Of a stretch of DNA of 64,000 bases, positions 45,996-57,315 are shown one piece after another (the stretch's first letter is position 1; each line of letters begins with the position of its first letter). The stretch is from positions 140,976 to 204,975 of the forward strand of contig CAWCTI010000018.1 in assembly GCA_963798475.1 (NCBI GenBank), in the 5' to 3' direction. The notes under the pieces are model-generated. The model ran no database searches. It was not told where the DNA came from and saw only the letters and a list, made by a program, of their open reading frames with translations. Made by a program: the position numbers and the translations under genes. Source of the stretch: an uncultured delta proteobacterium (GTDB taxonomy: Bacteria > Desulfobacterota > Desulfomonilia > Desulfomonilales > Desulfomonilaceae).

Positions 45996-46694
45996 CTAGT
46001 CTATCGGAGAAAAAGACGTAGCATGAGATTCAGTCTGGAGCGCTGGATGAATGCAATCGGGCTTGTCATAGGTCGCTCTACTAACCTTTGGATTCACAGG
46101 AAAACAGATCATCTCACTGGACGGGTAGGGGAGCCATAGTTCCTGACCAGATACTTTTAAGTTGAGCCATGAATCATAATCTTTTCTTGCGATGACTACA
46201 GGCATCCGGTCATGAATCGGCCTCAAAAGATCATTTGCTTCGGTAGTTATAATGGCGCACGATTCCAAAACGACATTTTCCTGACCTTCCCAATGCTCCC
46301 ACAGTCCGGCGAACGCAAATAGTTTTCTATCTGTCAACTGGATGAAATAAGGTTGTTTTCCCTCCTTTGTCTTCTTCCATTCGTAGAAACCATTGGCCGG
46401 GATCAGGAGTCGTCTGCTTTTGAAGGACGCTCTGAAAGCAGGTTTTTGGCTAAGAGTTTCGCATCTGGCGTTAATCAGGCTGGACCCTATGTACATATCC
46501 TTTGCCCAGAATGGCACTAATCCCCACTTCAAATAAGCTAGCCTTTTACCATTGCTTTCGGGGTCCCGTCTTATTGTCGCAACTTCCTGCGTTGGGGCGA
46601 TGCTGTAGCGAGGACTCAGTTCCGGCTCTGTCATGAGACCGAAGTGTTCCACAAGATCTTTTCCAGGACTGGTTAGAATAAATCTTCCACACAT
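45996..46694 (-). CDS. SOS response-associated peptidase (SRAP/YedK family, abasic-site processing)
   Basis: The N-terminus MCGRF carries the catalytic Cys2. Also WGLVPFW, and 232 aa in length. Confidence 0.9.
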   Translation of the reverse strand: MCGRFILTSPGKDLVEHFGLMTEPELSPRYSIAPTQEVATIRRDPESNGKRLAYLKWGLVPFWAKDMYIGSSLINARCETLSQKPAFRASFKSRRLLIPANGFYEWKKTKEGKQPYFIQLTDRKLFAFAGLWEHWEGQENVVLESCAIITTEANDLLRPIHDRMPVVIARKDYDSWLNLKVSGQELWLPYPSSEMICFPVNPKVSRATYDKPDCIHPALQTESHATSFSPID

Positions 46695-47210
46695 GGCGCA
46701 TTTCGCTACAGGTTCTTTGATTTGGAGCGAAGATCTAATAAAAGAGAGCGAATATCATTCTACAGTCTAGCAAGGAAGGGGGCTCATTCTATTATGTATT
46801 GCTCGGTTCTAAGCGAATTGTTCTTCGACCGCAGTTAGAATTCCTGTTCCCGCAAGAAGGCCCTTACGGTTCTTTTCCCTCGTGAATATACCGAAATGTT
46901 CGGTATATTAATGTAAAGGTCCCAACAGAGCAACAAGAGCCAATAAAGAACTCTTTTCCCAACTTCTGAAGGCATCAACTTCAACATTCGTTTTCAAAAG
47001 ATTGTCGGCTGCGATTATAAGCTGTTTGATGCGTTTCATATGTGATACCTTCTTTATCCGCAAGTTTTTATCTTACTGTTTAGTCGTGACAGTGAAACAC
47101 TAAAGATTTTACCTTAAGTCTATTAATATGTTATATACATTTACAAATATATAATATAAGTATTGCTAAACTACTAACTTAAATGCTGACCATTATCTGA
47201 GAACCAGATG

Positions 47211-47750
47211 TCATAATGTAGGAAGCAGAAATGGTGTCTTCTCTTTATATTCTTTATATTCGGGCCCGAACCGTACCTGCAACTCCTTTTCTTCAATAAA
47301 TTTGTTGTAACAAGTTCCAAGAACAAGAATTAGAAAAGACATAATCAACCCAATGGTAATGGACTCTAAAATAGTTCCCACTCCCAAACAATAAATTATT
47401 GCTCCGAGTAGCATTGGATTCCGGCGTTTTCGGTAAGGACCGTCTACAATTAGTTTTTGGGTAGGAGCAATAGGAACCGGAGTGCCTTTTCCTTTTTTTA
47501 CCTGTGATACGACGGACCAGACTAATAGAAAAAATCCATAAGCCAGACACAGAAACCCGAAGCTAATCTGTAAAATCCTAAACCTATGGGACAAGAAGTA
47601 TTCTTGAATGCCATAGCTGGCTAGTAAGAGAAGTAGAGGAATTAGGATGAGAATGAGAGAGGCCTCAACTAATATAAAGCCCGATTTGTAGATTGTGCCC
47701 CTTGGCTTTTCAGAGAATTCGACTACTTTTTCAACTAGTTTAGGAATCAT
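47211..47750 (-). CDS. isoprenylcysteine carboxyl methyltransferase-like (ICMT/PEMT family) membrane methyltransferase
   Basis: Multi-TM protein with GPYRKRRNPMLLGAIIYCLG (family motif GPYxxxRNPMYxG). Visibly AT-rich gene and flanks. Confidence 0.75.
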   Translation of the reverse strand: MIPKLVEKVVEFSEKPRGTIYKSGFILVEASLILILIPLLLLLASYGIQEYFLSHRFRILQISFGFLCLAYGFFLLVWSVVSQVKKGKGTPVPIAPTQKLIVDGPYRKRRNPMLLGAIIYCLGVGTILESITIGLIMSFLILVLGTCYNKFIEEKELQVRFGPEYKEYKEKTPFLLPTL

Positions 47751-48136
47751 ATTACAATACCCTCTGTCAGTTCGCTTTTGATTCTACCTATGAAAATTAT
47801 CACACTATAATTGCTACGGTGTTTACTTTCTTGTTATTTCTTTTCAAAGAGTGCCTGTTTTCACCCTCTCTTGCCATCCATAAGAATGATGATGATAGCA
47901 ATGGCATACGGCGCCGTTCCGGTAGGGTTTTTATCACGAAGAGGTGTCATGCGCTGTTTCCCCGGGGAAAAGTGAAACCAGTTTACGATAGTTGGGCTTG
48001 TTAGCAATGAAATTCGGTTGAAATATATCGAATAATTTTATATGGCGATTCAGTAAGATCTCTTGTTGACATGCCTGAGTCAAGCGCCGAGGTTGTACTG
48101 TGTCTGGACTTTCACGTTAGATTAAGGATAGTAACA

Positions 48137-48691
48137 GTGGATACCATTAAATTGATGCTCGCTTTCTCGCCATGGATCGCATTCTGGATCATTTCCTCTG
48201 GCCATTCGATGCTACGGCTCCAAGTTGCAATTTGTGTCGCCACCGTCCTGGTGGCAGTGATGGGCCTGACAAAACTACATCGCGGGGCAATCTTGTGGGC
48301 AGGGGTTTTATTCTTTGCATTCGCTTTAGTCTCAGTGGCTTGGCTGAGGGACATGTGGGTAATTCAGCATTTAGGAGTCCTCGCAAGCGGAACTCTTTTT
48401 GTATCTACTCTTTTTTCAGTTTTTATAGGGCGACCATTTACTGAAGATTATGCGCGTGAACACGTACCGGCGGAATTATGGGACTCTCCAGCTTTCATTC
48501 GTGGCTGCTACACTGTCACGACTGCTTGGGGGTTCATTTTTTTGGTTAATACTATGGTCAATCTTGCAAAGCTCTATCACCCCGAGGCCAGCGAGTGGCA
48601 CTATCAAGGTATGGAATTTGGTTTTGTCATCTTAGGTATCGCATTTACAACAATCTACTCGCGGCGTGCCAGACGCAAGCGCTTGGGTTAA
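48137..48691 (+). CDS. hypothetical integral membrane protein (about 6 TMs)
   Basis: Hydrophobic helices throughout. GTG 48137 follows aagga. Alternative starts at 48071 and 48155. No recognisable motif. Confidence 0.5.
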   Translation: MDTIKLMLAFSPWIAFWIISSGHSMLRLQVAICVATVLVAVMGLTKLHRGAILWAGVLFFAFALVSVAWLRDMWVIQHLGVLASGTLFVSTLFSVFIGRPFTEDYAREHVPAELWDSPAFIRGCYTVTTAWGFIFLVNTMVNLAKLYHPEASEWHYQGMEFGFVILGIAFTTIYSRRARRKRLG

Positions 48692-48918
48692 TTTTTGGGA
48701 CAACAACCTGGTTTGCTGAAAAAACTCAAAAGTTTTTAAAGAAAAGAGTTAAAACAATTTGACCTTCAGTCTTGGGCCAGCATGAAGTCCTTTTTCGCAC
48801 AGTTTCTGATGGTGGTCCCTGTTGGAACACAAGAAGAAGTTCTGGACGTCCTGGAAGCGAAAAAGAGCCTGACAGGGAGGTCCATCTGGCCACTATTGAG
48901 TGCTCAGAAGGAGTCATT

Positions 48919-49938
48919 TTGAACAAGAATGTCCTGATTCTGGTATTTCTGCTAGTAGCGATTGCAGCCGTAGGCGCTGGAGTGTTTCTTAAGAAGGGAG
49001 AAAATGCCACTCCTCAATCAGATCGTTCGAAAGCCGAGAACATCGCGGGAGAGCCCAAGAGCGTGGCCTCCATCGCAGTCATCCCCAAGGGGACTACCCA
49101 TTCGTTCTGGAACTCGGTTCTCGCCGGCGCACAAAAGGCCGCCAAGGAGCACGGTGTCGAGATCCTCTGGGCGGGTCCGGACCGCGAGGGTGATCGTGAA
49201 AAACAGATCCAAATCGTGGAGGACTTCATCGTGAAGAAGGTGGCCGGCATCGTGCTGGCACCCACCGACGCCAGAGCGCTGGTCCCTGTGGTTGAACGTG
49301 CAGCGGCCGCCAAGATACCGGTCGTCATCATCGACTCGGATATCGAAACTAATAAACGGGTCTCCTTTGTGGCTACCGACAACTACGCCGGTGGCGCCCT
49401 CGCTGCGAAGCACATGGCGAAGCTCCTCGGCGGCAAGGGCAAAGTCGCCGTCATCAATTACATGGCTGGCTCCGCGTCCACCTCTGCTCGCGAAAGCGGC
49501 TTCATCGAAACTCTGAAAAAGGGGTTCCCCGAGATCGAGCTGGTTGAAGACCGCTACGGTATGGACACGGTAGAAACAGCGCTCTCTGCCACCGAAGATG
49601 TGCTCACCCGTCACAAAGAACTTGATGGTATCTTCGCCTGCAACGAGTCCACTTCCCGAGGCGCCCTTCGAGCGCTGGAGAGCCAGGGTCGAACCGCTGC
49701 CGTGAAGATGATTGGCTTCGACGCTGCTGACGCTTTAATCAAAGGTCTCGAGGCCGGGCGCATCGACGCTCTTGTAGTCCAGAATCCGCAGGCCATGGGA
49801 TACCAAGGCGTAAGCAGCGCCGTGGCGGCGATCAAGGGCCAAAGCGTCAAGCCGAGAATAGACACAGGGGTGGAACTAGTCACCAAGGATCGCTTAAACT
49901 CCCCCCAGATTCGAGCGCTCATCGGGAGAGAAGATTGA
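48919..49938 (+). CDS. sugar ABC transporter substrate-binding protein (RbsB/periplasmic-binding-protein type I)
   Basis: TTG 48919 lies 6 nt after aaggag. The signal anchor is NKNVLILVFLLVAIAAVGAGVF. PBP1 pattern: IAVIPKGTTHSFW, IVLAPTD, VVIIDSD, VATDNYAGG. Confidence 0.85.
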   Translation: MNKNVLILVFLLVAIAAVGAGVFLKKGENATPQSDRSKAENIAGEPKSVASIAVIPKGTTHSFWNSVLAGAQKAAKEHGVEILWAGPDREGDREKQIQIVEDFIVKKVAGIVLAPTDARALVPVVERAAAAKIPVVIIDSDIETNKRVSFVATDNYAGGALAAKHMAKLLGGKGKVAVINYMAGSASTSARESGFIETLKKGFPEIELVEDRYGMDTVETALSATEDVLTRHKELDGIFACNESTSRGALRALESQGRTAAVKMIGFDAADALIKGLEAGRIDALVVQNPQAMGYQGVSSAVAAIKGQSVKPRIDTGVELVTKDRLNSPQIRALIGRED

Positions 49939-51461
49939 TGGCGTTCTACCCGTCAATCGAGTCTTCGCATTTCGCCCTCGAGATGCAGGGGATCAGCAAG
50001 AGCTTTGGCCCCATCAAGGCCCTCGAAGATGTGACGCTACGTGTCAAGCAGGGGGCAGTTCATGCCTTGGTGGGCGAAAATGGCGCGGGCAAAACCACTT
50101 TGATGAAGATCCTCGCGGGTGCTCATCAGCCCGACACCGGTACCATCGTGCGAAATGGTAAAACCTGTTCGTGGAAAGATCCTTCCGACTCCCTTGCAGC
50201 CGGGGTCGCGATGATCTACCAAGAGCTCAGCCTCGCGCCGGATCTCACTATCGCCGAGAACGTGTGGCTTGGGATAGAGCCTCGCGGCCGACTACCGGGT
50301 ACCTACTGTAAAAGTCGAATGCTCACAGACACCCGAGCCCTGGCCGAAAGACATGGCTTTGATGTGGATCCCAATCAGAAAGTGGAAAACCTTCCAGCGA
50401 GCACTTGCCAGATTGTCGAAGCGCTGAAGGCCATTGCGCGTAACGCCGAAATTCTGGTGATGGACGAACCGACTTCCTCGTGTGGAGAGAGCGAAGTGGC
50501 CGTGCTCCTCGAAATGGTCAAGAAACTGAGCCAGGCGGGAACCACTATCATCTACATCTCCCATCGACTCGAAGAGGTTGTTGAGATCGCGGGGCACATC
50601 ACTGTTCTTCGCGACGGACGAGCCGTACACACTGGCCCCACAAAGGGCCTCGAGATTCGCGATATAGTTACACAGATGGTCGGGCGCAATCTGAGTGACT
50701 ACTTCCCTAAAAGAAGGGTTCAAGTGGGGTCCACGGCTCTGAGCGTGTCGGAACTATCGTCCCAAAGCGTAGAAAACATCAGTTTCGATCTGAGATGGGG
50801 AGAGATCGTCGGTGTCGCCGGGCTTGTGGGCGCAGGTCGCACTGAGCTTGCCCGCGTTCTGTGTGGTCTGGACCCTACAATCCGGGGTAGCGTAGCGATC
50901 GACGGGAAAAGACTGAAAATCGCTACGCCAGCCGACGCGATCTCTTGCGGAGTCATGTACGTCACAGAAGATCGAAAGCGAACGGGACTATGTCTCGATC
51001 TCCCGGCGGCCTGGAACATGACGCTACCATGCCTCGCAGAACTGGGTATGAAATATATCCTGAACCTTGGTCGAGAAAACGAAATCGCTGAAGAGGCGGC
51101 CCAAAAGCTCTCGCTTAAGTGGTCCGGACCAGGAGCGCCGGCGAGCTCTCTGTCGGGCGGCAATCAACAAAAGCTGCTGCTCGGTCGCGCTATTATCGCT
51201 GAGTCGCGAATATGGGTGCTGGATGAGCCCACTCGTGGTGTCGACATCGCAGCCAAGGTCGACATCTACGAATTCATCGGACGAATGGTCGCTGCGGGGA
51301 AGGCCGTTCTCATCATCTCTTCGGAACTGCCCGAACTCTTCGGAATCACCGACCGAATTCTCGTGATGCGCCGTGGCCGCCTAGTCGCTGACCTCGTCAC
51401 CTCAGAAACCACACAGGAAACAGTGATGCATCTTGCTGCTGTGGACAAGGACTGCGCATGA
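49938..51461 (+). CDS. sugar ABC transporter ATP-binding protein (duplicated ATPase, RbsA-like)
   Basis: Walker A is GENGAGKTT, the second-half signature is LSGGNQQK, and Walker B motifs are ILVMDEPTS and IWVLDEPTRGVD. TGATG overlap with the upstream stop. Confidence 0.92.
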   Translation: MAFYPSIESSHFALEMQGISKSFGPIKALEDVTLRVKQGAVHALVGENGAGKTTLMKILAGAHQPDTGTIVRNGKTCSWKDPSDSLAAGVAMIYQELSLAPDLTIAENVWLGIEPRGRLPGTYCKSRMLTDTRALAERHGFDVDPNQKVENLPASTCQIVEALKAIARNAEILVMDEPTSSCGESEVAVLLEMVKKLSQAGTTIIYISHRLEEVVEIAGHITVLRDGRAVHTGPTKGLEIRDIVTQMVGRNLSDYFPKRRVQVGSTALSVSELSSQSVENISFDLRWGEIVGVAGLVGAGRTELARVLCGLDPTIRGSVAIDGKRLKIATPADAISCGVMYVTEDRKRTGLCLDLPAAWNMTLPCLAELGMKYILNLGRENEIAEEAAQKLSLKWSGPGAPASSLSGGNQQKLLLGRAIIAESRIWVLDEPTRGVDIAAKVDIYEFIGRMVAAGKAVLIISSELPELFGITDRILVMRRGRLVADLVTSETTQETVMHLAAVDKDCA

Positions 51462-52414
51462 ACAAATTCGTTCGAGAACTGCTACCGTTCGGGAGCCTCG
51501 TCCTGGTCATCGCCATCTTGTCGCTTTGGCAGCCCGACAGCTTTCTGACCCTCGACAATTTCCTCAATGTGCTGCGCCGCTCGTCGGTCTACGGCATCAT
51601 CGCCGTTGGAATGACGTTCATCATCATCTCCGGCGGCATAGATCTCTCTGTGGGTTCCCTTCTCGCGTTGTGTGGCATGTGCGCCGCCGGAATAATGATC
51701 GGGCTAGGTGGCGAAGAACCAAGTATCAGTATGATGGCGCTCGGAACAGCGGTTGGGCTTCTAACTGGCGCGGTGGGAGGTTTGGTATCGGGAGCTTTGA
51801 TCACTAAACTGAAGCTCCAACCGTTCATTGCCACTTTAGGAACTATGAGTCTCTACCGCGGGATAGCGCTGGTCATGTATGACGGACAGCCGATCAACGT
51901 GTCATCTTACCGATACCTGGGCGAAGGCGCCCTGCTCGGGATACCGATTTCTGTGATCCTGTTCTTGGCTGTCATCGCCATTGCGGGGGCTATTTTACAG
52001 TTCACGCGGTTCGGTCGTCACACCTATGCTATCGGTTCCAACGTTGAAGCGGCGCACCACGCCGGTGTGAGAGTCGACCGAAGTCTGATCTGCATTTACA
52101 CCCTTGGGGGCCTGCTCACAGGGCTAGGAGCGATGATCGCCATGAGTCGAACCGTCTCGGCTCAGCCCACCGCAGGCGTGGGCGCAGAACTCGATGTCAT
52201 CGCCGCGGCGGTTATCGGCGGCACCAGCCTCTCCGGAGGCCGCGGAACCGTCACGGGAACCATCGTTGGCACCTTGCTCATCAGTTTCTTGCATAACGGA
52301 TGCACCCTCGTGGGCATCTCAACGAACGCTCAGTTAATTGTGATCGGCGTGGTGATCGTCCTCGCTGTAGCGATGGACCAGTTCACCCGACGCAAAGCGG
52401 GCGACGCTGCCTAA
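51458..52414 (+). CDS. sugar ABC transporter permease (RbsC-like)
   Basis: ATGA overlap. Motifs GIDLSVGS, TLGTMSLYRG and VIGGTSLSGGRGT are typical of the ribose-type permease family. Confidence 0.9.
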   Translation: MNKFVRELLPFGSLVLVIAILSLWQPDSFLTLDNFLNVLRRSSVYGIIAVGMTFIIISGGIDLSVGSLLALCGMCAAGIMIGLGGEEPSISMMALGTAVGLLTGAVGGLVSGALITKLKLQPFIATLGTMSLYRGIALVMYDGQPINVSSYRYLGEGALLGIPISVILFLAVIAIAGAILQFTRFGRHTYAIGSNVEAAHHAGVRVDRSLICIYTLGGLLTGLGAMIAMSRTVSAQPTAGVGAELDVIAAAVIGGTSLSGGRGTVTGTIVGTLLISFLHNGCTLVGISTNAQLIVIGVVIVLAVAMDQFTRRKAGDAA

Positions 52415-52450
52415 GAAATCGTACGACACGTGTCGCGTGAAGGAGAAGAA

Positions 52451-53974
52451 ATGTCCAGAACCAAAACCGGCATTTTCTGGCCTGGTGATTACCGCTCCAG
52501 ACCCAACGATCTGGCACAGCCAAACGCCGAGGATGCCACGGTCCAACTGGAGCGAGCCCTGAAAAGACTCGGCCGTACGAGCTATCGCATCGAAGGTTTT
52601 CTCACGCGACCCCACGAAGCTATCGAGAAGCTCGGCCCAGTGGATGACCCGCTTGTCGGTGTCTGTGTGCACTGGTGCTACGGGCCGCATACCACGGACG
52701 GCGTCGTAGGCAAAGACAGCCCTTTGCTGCTGGCGAGTAATTTCTCAGGGCAGTGGCCGGGTCTCGTTGGCTTACTCAACACTGGAGCCTGCCTGGAGAG
52801 CCTGGGTCGTAAATTCTCTCGTGTGTGGAGCGACGCCGAAGACTGGACCACAGACGACGCGTTCATGGATCATTTGGGCGAGTGGCTCAACACCGGTCGC
52901 ATCGGATACTCCACCGAACAGATCGGCTATTCCGTTCACATATCCAAAGAGGCGCACGCACGCTCTAGGCGCGTCGCCGAGGAGATCAGAAAAAGAAGAA
53001 TTCTAGCGCTGATGCTAGGGGATACGTCCATGGGTATGATCAACGGTTACTTTGGCCCGCGCCGGTTGGCTCCCATTGGATTCTCGGAACATAAAGTTGA
53101 CCAAGCCTGGATCATCGACCGGGGCCGTTACATTTCGGATGATAGACTCAATGGGGCTATGGCCTTTGTCAAGGAAAGTGGTGTGAAGTTCCACTGGGGC
53201 GAAGACGGGGCGAACGACTTCGACGAAAACGCCACTCGGGAACAGCTAAGAGACTACCTGACCGTGCTCGACCTGGTGACCGAATTCAAAGCCGACTGCG
53301 TGGGTTGGCAGTATCAGCTCGGATTAGTTCCGCTAAGGCCGCCGTCGGATTTTGCCGAGGGGTTGCTCAATTCCGTATGCCGACCAGAGAGTAACGGCGA
53401 CGTGATCATTACCTCCACGGAGGGCGATCAAGGCAACCTCGTCCCAATGGAGCTGATGAAGCGCCTACTCAAGACCAAAGGGCTGCACCAGGCTGTGATG
53501 TTCCACGATGTGCGCTGGGGCGCCGAATATCACGGACGATTCTTGTGGGTGCTCCTTAACTCAGGTTCGTGCGGAGGGTACGCCATGAGCGGTGAGCCTA
53601 ACAGCCTTTCGGGCGTCCACTCGTACAGACAACCCGCCGAATACTTTCCGATCCCTGGCGGCACATTCGCGGGTGAAGCGCTGCCGGGCGGCATCACATG
53701 GGCAAGGGCCTATCTCAAAAACGACGAACTGTGGATGGACGTCGGACAAGGAGAAGTTGTCACTCTGCCCGAGCAAATCCGCGAGCAGTGGTGGCGCGGA
53801 ACCACGCGTCAGTGGCCGTTCATGGCAGCCGATCTGGGCATCTCGCGAGAGACACTGATGGCGCACTATCTGAGCAACCACATCGCCGTGGCCTACGGTG
53901 ACATTCTCGAGGAAATGGCCGCGCTCTCGCAAATGCTCGGATTCAGAGTTCGCTTTCTGGGAAGGAGCGTATGA
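52451..53974 (+). CDS. L-fucose isomerase-family sugar isomerase (FucI-like, short form)
   Basis: ATG 52451 follows aaggag. Blocks line up with E. coli FucI as I recall it: VHWCYGPHT (cf. PCWCYGSET), [22 protein letters not shown] (cf. LGGVSMGIA), LLNSGS, and the C-terminal NHIAVAYGD...MLGFRV (cf. NHGVLTIGH...MLRIPV). Confidence 0.65.
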   Translation: MSRTKTGIFWPGDYRSRPNDLAQPNAEDATVQLERALKRLGRTSYRIEGFLTRPHEAIEKLGPVDDPLVGVCVHWCYGPHTTDGVVGKDSPLLLASNFSGQWPGLVGLLNTGACLESLGRKFSRVWSDAEDWTTDDAFMDHLGEWLNTGRIGYSTEQIGYSVHISKEAHARSRRVAEEIRKRRILALMLGDTSMGMINGYFGPRRLAPIGFSEHKVDQAWIIDRGRYISDDRLNGAMAFVKESGVKFHWGEDGANDFDENATREQLRDYLTVLDLVTEFKADCVGWQYQLGLVPLRPPSDFAEGLLNSVCRPESNGDVIITSTEGDQGNLVPMELMKRLLKTKGLHQAVMFHDVRWGAEYHGRFLWVLLNSGSCGGYAMSGEPNSLSGVHSYRQPAEYFPIPGGTFAGEALPGGITWARAYLKNDELWMDVGQGEVVTLPEQIREQWWRGTTRQWPFMAADLGISRETLMAHYLSNHIAVAYGDILEEMAALSQMLGFRVRFLGRSV

Positions 53975-53975
53975 C

Positions 53976-55646
53976 ATGAATCAGGACCGGCGCTGCTACA
54001 TCGGCATCGACGTAGGGACAGGGAGCGCAAGGGCGGGAGTGTTCGACGCAAGCGGCAAGATGCTAGGACAGAGCTCGCGCCCCATCAAAATGTGGAAGCC
54101 ACAGGCCGATTTCGTGGAGCAATCGTCGGACGACATCTGGGCCGCCAGCGCTGTGGCGGTACGTCAAGCAGTCACAGAGGCTGACATCGACGCAACGAAT
54201 GTACGAGGGATTGGCTTTGATGCAACTTGCTCCCTGGTAGCCCTGGACGATAGAGATCGGCCCGTGTCGGTGAGCCCTACCGGCATAGACGAACAGAACG
54301 TCATTGTTTGGATGGACCACAGAGCGCTGGAACAGGCGGCCCGCATCAACGACGGGGGACACTCTGTGCTGCGCTACGTTGGCGGAATCATCTCCCCTGA
54401 GATGGAGTCGCCCAAGCTCAGTTGGCTCAGAGATAATCTCCCCGATTGCTGGAACCGAGCCCGTCGCTTTTTCGATCTGGCTGATTTTCTGACCTACCGT
54501 GCAACTTGCGACGAAACCCGATCACTTTGTACTACCGTGTGCAAGTGGACCTACCAGGGTCACCTGGAGCCGAATATACCGTGCAGCGTGGGGAGCTGGG
54601 ACGACACCTACTGGCAATCCATCGGGCTGGGTGAACTGGTCTCGGAGGGCTACCGGCGCATCGGAACCTGCATCCGGCCCATGGGCGAGCATGTTGCGCA
54701 AGGGCTTAGCGAAAGAGCGGCGGCCGATTTTGGTCTCAACGCGGGAACCTCTGTTGCGGTGTCAATCATCGACGCCCACGCCGGTGGCGTCGGAATGCTC
54801 GGAGCGCAGATCCCTCAGGGCGGTGAGGTTAAACTCGAAAACAGGCTTGCGTTAATTGGAGGCACATCCAGTTGTCACATGGCGGTCTCCAAAGAACCTC
54901 GATTCGTCGATGGAGTATGGGGGCCGTTTTATTCGGCGATGATTCCAGGGTTATGGCTCACCGAAGGCGGCCAATCGGCAACTGGGGCGCTTATCGATCA
55001 CATTGTTTTTAGTCATGTTCGTAGCCATGAACTCGAGCAAGATGCGAAAAGGCGAGGGATCACCGTTTATGAAATCCTTGCAGAGGTCCTCGATAAACTC
55101 GCTGATGGAATGCGGTTTCCCGCCGAACTCACCAAAGAACTCCATGTGCAACCGGATTTCCATGGAAACCGCTCCCCCAGAGCCAATCCGCATGCCCGCG
55201 GGATGATTTCGGGTCTGAGACTCAGCGATAGCCTCGAAGACCTCGCTCTGCTCTACCTGGCTACAGTCCAGGCGGTAGCCCATGGTACCCGCCACATCCT
55301 GGACGCCATGACCGACGGGGGCTACGAGATCCAGACCGTGCTCACCACCGGTGGCGGTGCAAAGAATCCGATCTTCCTACGCGAGCACGCCGACATTACT
55401 GGACGAAAAATTGTCCTCCCCAAGGAGCCCGAAGCCGTGCTCCTCGGCTCAGCCATGCTCGGTGCCGTCGCCGCCGGGGACTACGCTACGGTGACCGAAG
55501 CGATGACTAAAATGAGCGCCGCCGACACGATTATCGAACCCTGCCAAGGCGCGGCAGCGAGCTACCACAGCGCCAAACACGAGGTTTTCCTCCGGATGTA
55601 CGAAGATCAGGCTCAATACAACGCGATGATGAGCTTAAAATCGTAG
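53976..55646 (+). CDS. FGGY-family pentulose (ribulo)kinase
   Basis: ATG 53976 follows ggaaggag. [35 protein letters not shown] and TTGGGAKN motifs. Confidence 0.88.
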   Translation: MNQDRRCYIGIDVGTGSARAGVFDASGKMLGQSSRPIKMWKPQADFVEQSSDDIWAASAVAVRQAVTEADIDATNVRGIGFDATCSLVALDDRDRPVSVSPTGIDEQNVIVWMDHRALEQAARINDGGHSVLRYVGGIISPEMESPKLSWLRDNLPDCWNRARRFFDLADFLTYRATCDETRSLCTTVCKWTYQGHLEPNIPCSVGSWDDTYWQSIGLGELVSEGYRRIGTCIRPMGEHVAQGLSERAAADFGLNAGTSVAVSIIDAHAGGVGMLGAQIPQGGEVKLENRLALIGGTSSCHMAVSKEPRFVDGVWGPFYSAMIPGLWLTEGGQSATGALIDHIVFSHVRSHELEQDAKRRGITVYEILAEVLDKLADGMRFPAELTKELHVQPDFHGNRSPRANPHARGMISGLRLSDSLEDLALLYLATVQAVAHGTRHILDAMTDGGYEIQTVLTTGGGAKNPIFLREHADITGRKIVLPKEPEAVLLGSAMLGAVAAGDYATVTEAMTKMSAADTIIEPCQGAAASYHSAKHEVFLRMYEDQAQYNAMMSLKS

Positions 55647-55920
55647 GCGGCTGCCTCATAAGAGGTAAATTTGATGGCTAGCCCAACATTGGTCATTCGA
55701 CTTGCAGGCTAACGTTTTAGCTAAACAAAGACTAGGGCTCAGTAAGTCTCGAGGCCGGGATAGTCACGAACCATTGTAGTTCAACGCCCAAAGAATCCAA
55801 GTACCCAAATTCACATCTTGGTATGCAGGTGGGAAATATTTCTGTGAGATCCAGAAAGTGGTTCATGGGCAAAGGATCTGGTTCGAAGCTTTCTGTGACA
55901 TCTTATTCGGGAGTTGGATC

Positions 55921-57129
55921 ATGAAAAAGATAATCAAAACAATAAAAAACAATAAAGAAAAGGGAGAAGGTTCTCCAGGTGGTGAATCTGGTCCCCTACA
56001 TTTGAGGAACCCGGTGGAGTCGTCCGCAAGCGAAACCACTCCGACTCAGAGTATAGTGACAAGTGTGAGCAATTCTGCAACCTTGCCGGAATTACGTTTC
56101 CCTTTGTCGGAACAACCTGCTCGTGTGTTGCCTGGTGGCACTGCGCGAGAGGCTACAGCCGTTAAGTTTCCAGTGTCACAAAGCATTGCCGCTGTACTCA
56201 TGACACTGAAACCCGGCGGTCTTCGCGAACTTCACTGGCACGCCAACGCTGCTGAATGGGCCTATATAATCGAGGGGGCCGTTCGGGTAACCATCGTCGA
56301 CACCGAAGGCCGCATAGAAATTGCAGACTTTGGTCCCGGAGACATCTGGTACTTTCCACGCGGCCATGCCCATTCAATTCAAGGGCTTGGCATGGGGCCG
56401 GGTGAAGCGAAGTTCCTGCTCGTCTTTGACAACGGATATTTTTCTGAATTCGCAACATTCAGCTTCACGGACTGGCTCGCCCAGACGCCGAAGGAAATTG
56501 TGGCAAAGAGTCTCAAAGTCCCAGCTTCGGATTTGACAAATCTTCCTGACAAGGAGGTTTACATCGCGCTAGGTCCGCCGCCGCAACCTCTCCCGGTCAA
56601 TCCGATCTCAGGGCCGGGAACGGTACTGGCTCCGCCTCTGACACACAAGTATTCGCTTCGATCCCAAAAGCCGTGGAGGCGATATCCCGATGGCGAGGTT
56701 CGTATGGCTTCGGCCAAGGAGTTTCCCATTTCGACGACCATGACAGGAACATTGCTCAATCTCAAACGTGGCGCTCTTCGCGAACTCCACTGGCACCCAA
56801 ACGCTGATGAATGGCAATATATCCTTTCAGGCAAAATGAGGCTCACGGTCTTCGCTTCAAACGGTCTCGCCAAAGTTGTGGAACTAGGCGCCGGTGACAT
56901 CGGTTTTGCGCCCATGGGTTACGGCCATGCTTTGGAAAACGTTGGCGACGGCCCTGCGGAACTCATCCTTGTTTTTAACAGTGGCGAGTATCAGGAAATA
57001 AGCCTCAGCACGGTTCTTGCCGTTCATCCGGCATATCTTCTGGAAACGAACTTCAATTTGCCGAAGGCCATCATCGACAAACTGCCCAAGAAACAGGAAT
57101 TCATCACCTCTGGAATCAAAGGCAGGTGA
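55921..57129 (+). CDS. bicupin, oxalate decarboxylase/oxidase (OxdC) family
   Basis: Two Mn-cupin motifs, ELHWHANAAEWAYIIEG...H and ELHWHPNADEWQYILSG...H. The lid region is FDNGYFSEFATFSFTDWL (cf. B. subtilis OxdC FSENSTFQLTDWL, Glu retained). Start chosen at MKKIIKT. Confidence 0.85.
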   Translation: MKKIIKTIKNNKEKGEGSPGGESGPLHLRNPVESSASETTPTQSIVTSVSNSATLPELRFPLSEQPARVLPGGTAREATAVKFPVSQSIAAVLMTLKPGGLRELHWHANAAEWAYIIEGAVRVTIVDTEGRIEIADFGPGDIWYFPRGHAHSIQGLGMGPGEAKFLLVFDNGYFSEFATFSFTDWLAQTPKEIVAKSLKVPASDLTNLPDKEVYIALGPPPQPLPVNPISGPGTVLAPPLTHKYSLRSQKPWRRYPDGEVRMASAKEFPISTTMTGTLLNLKRGALRELHWHPNADEWQYILSGKMRLTVFASNGLAKVVELGAGDIGFAPMGYGHALENVGDGPAELILVFNSGEYQEISLSTVLAVHPAYLLETNFNLPKAIIDKLPKKQEFITSGIKGR

Positions 57130-57212
57130 TATAGCGTTTTTCTAAAGTTAATGCCCACTAGCGCTTTTATTGGGTTGAGAAGTTTTCTGTCTATGGCCCC
57201 GTTATAGGCTTT

Positions 57213-57242
57213 ACCGAGTGGATCAAGCAAATCTTACTCGGT
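57213..57242 (+). terminator. possible terminator after the bicupin gene
   Basis: accgagt - 16-nt loop - actcggt, followed by ttactttta. Confidence 0.3.
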
Positions 57243-57315
57243 TTACTTTTATGTCAAAAAAGTTTTTTCTCAACGCTATGCTGAAAAAGAAACATCCCTT
57301 TTGTGAGCTTAATGC

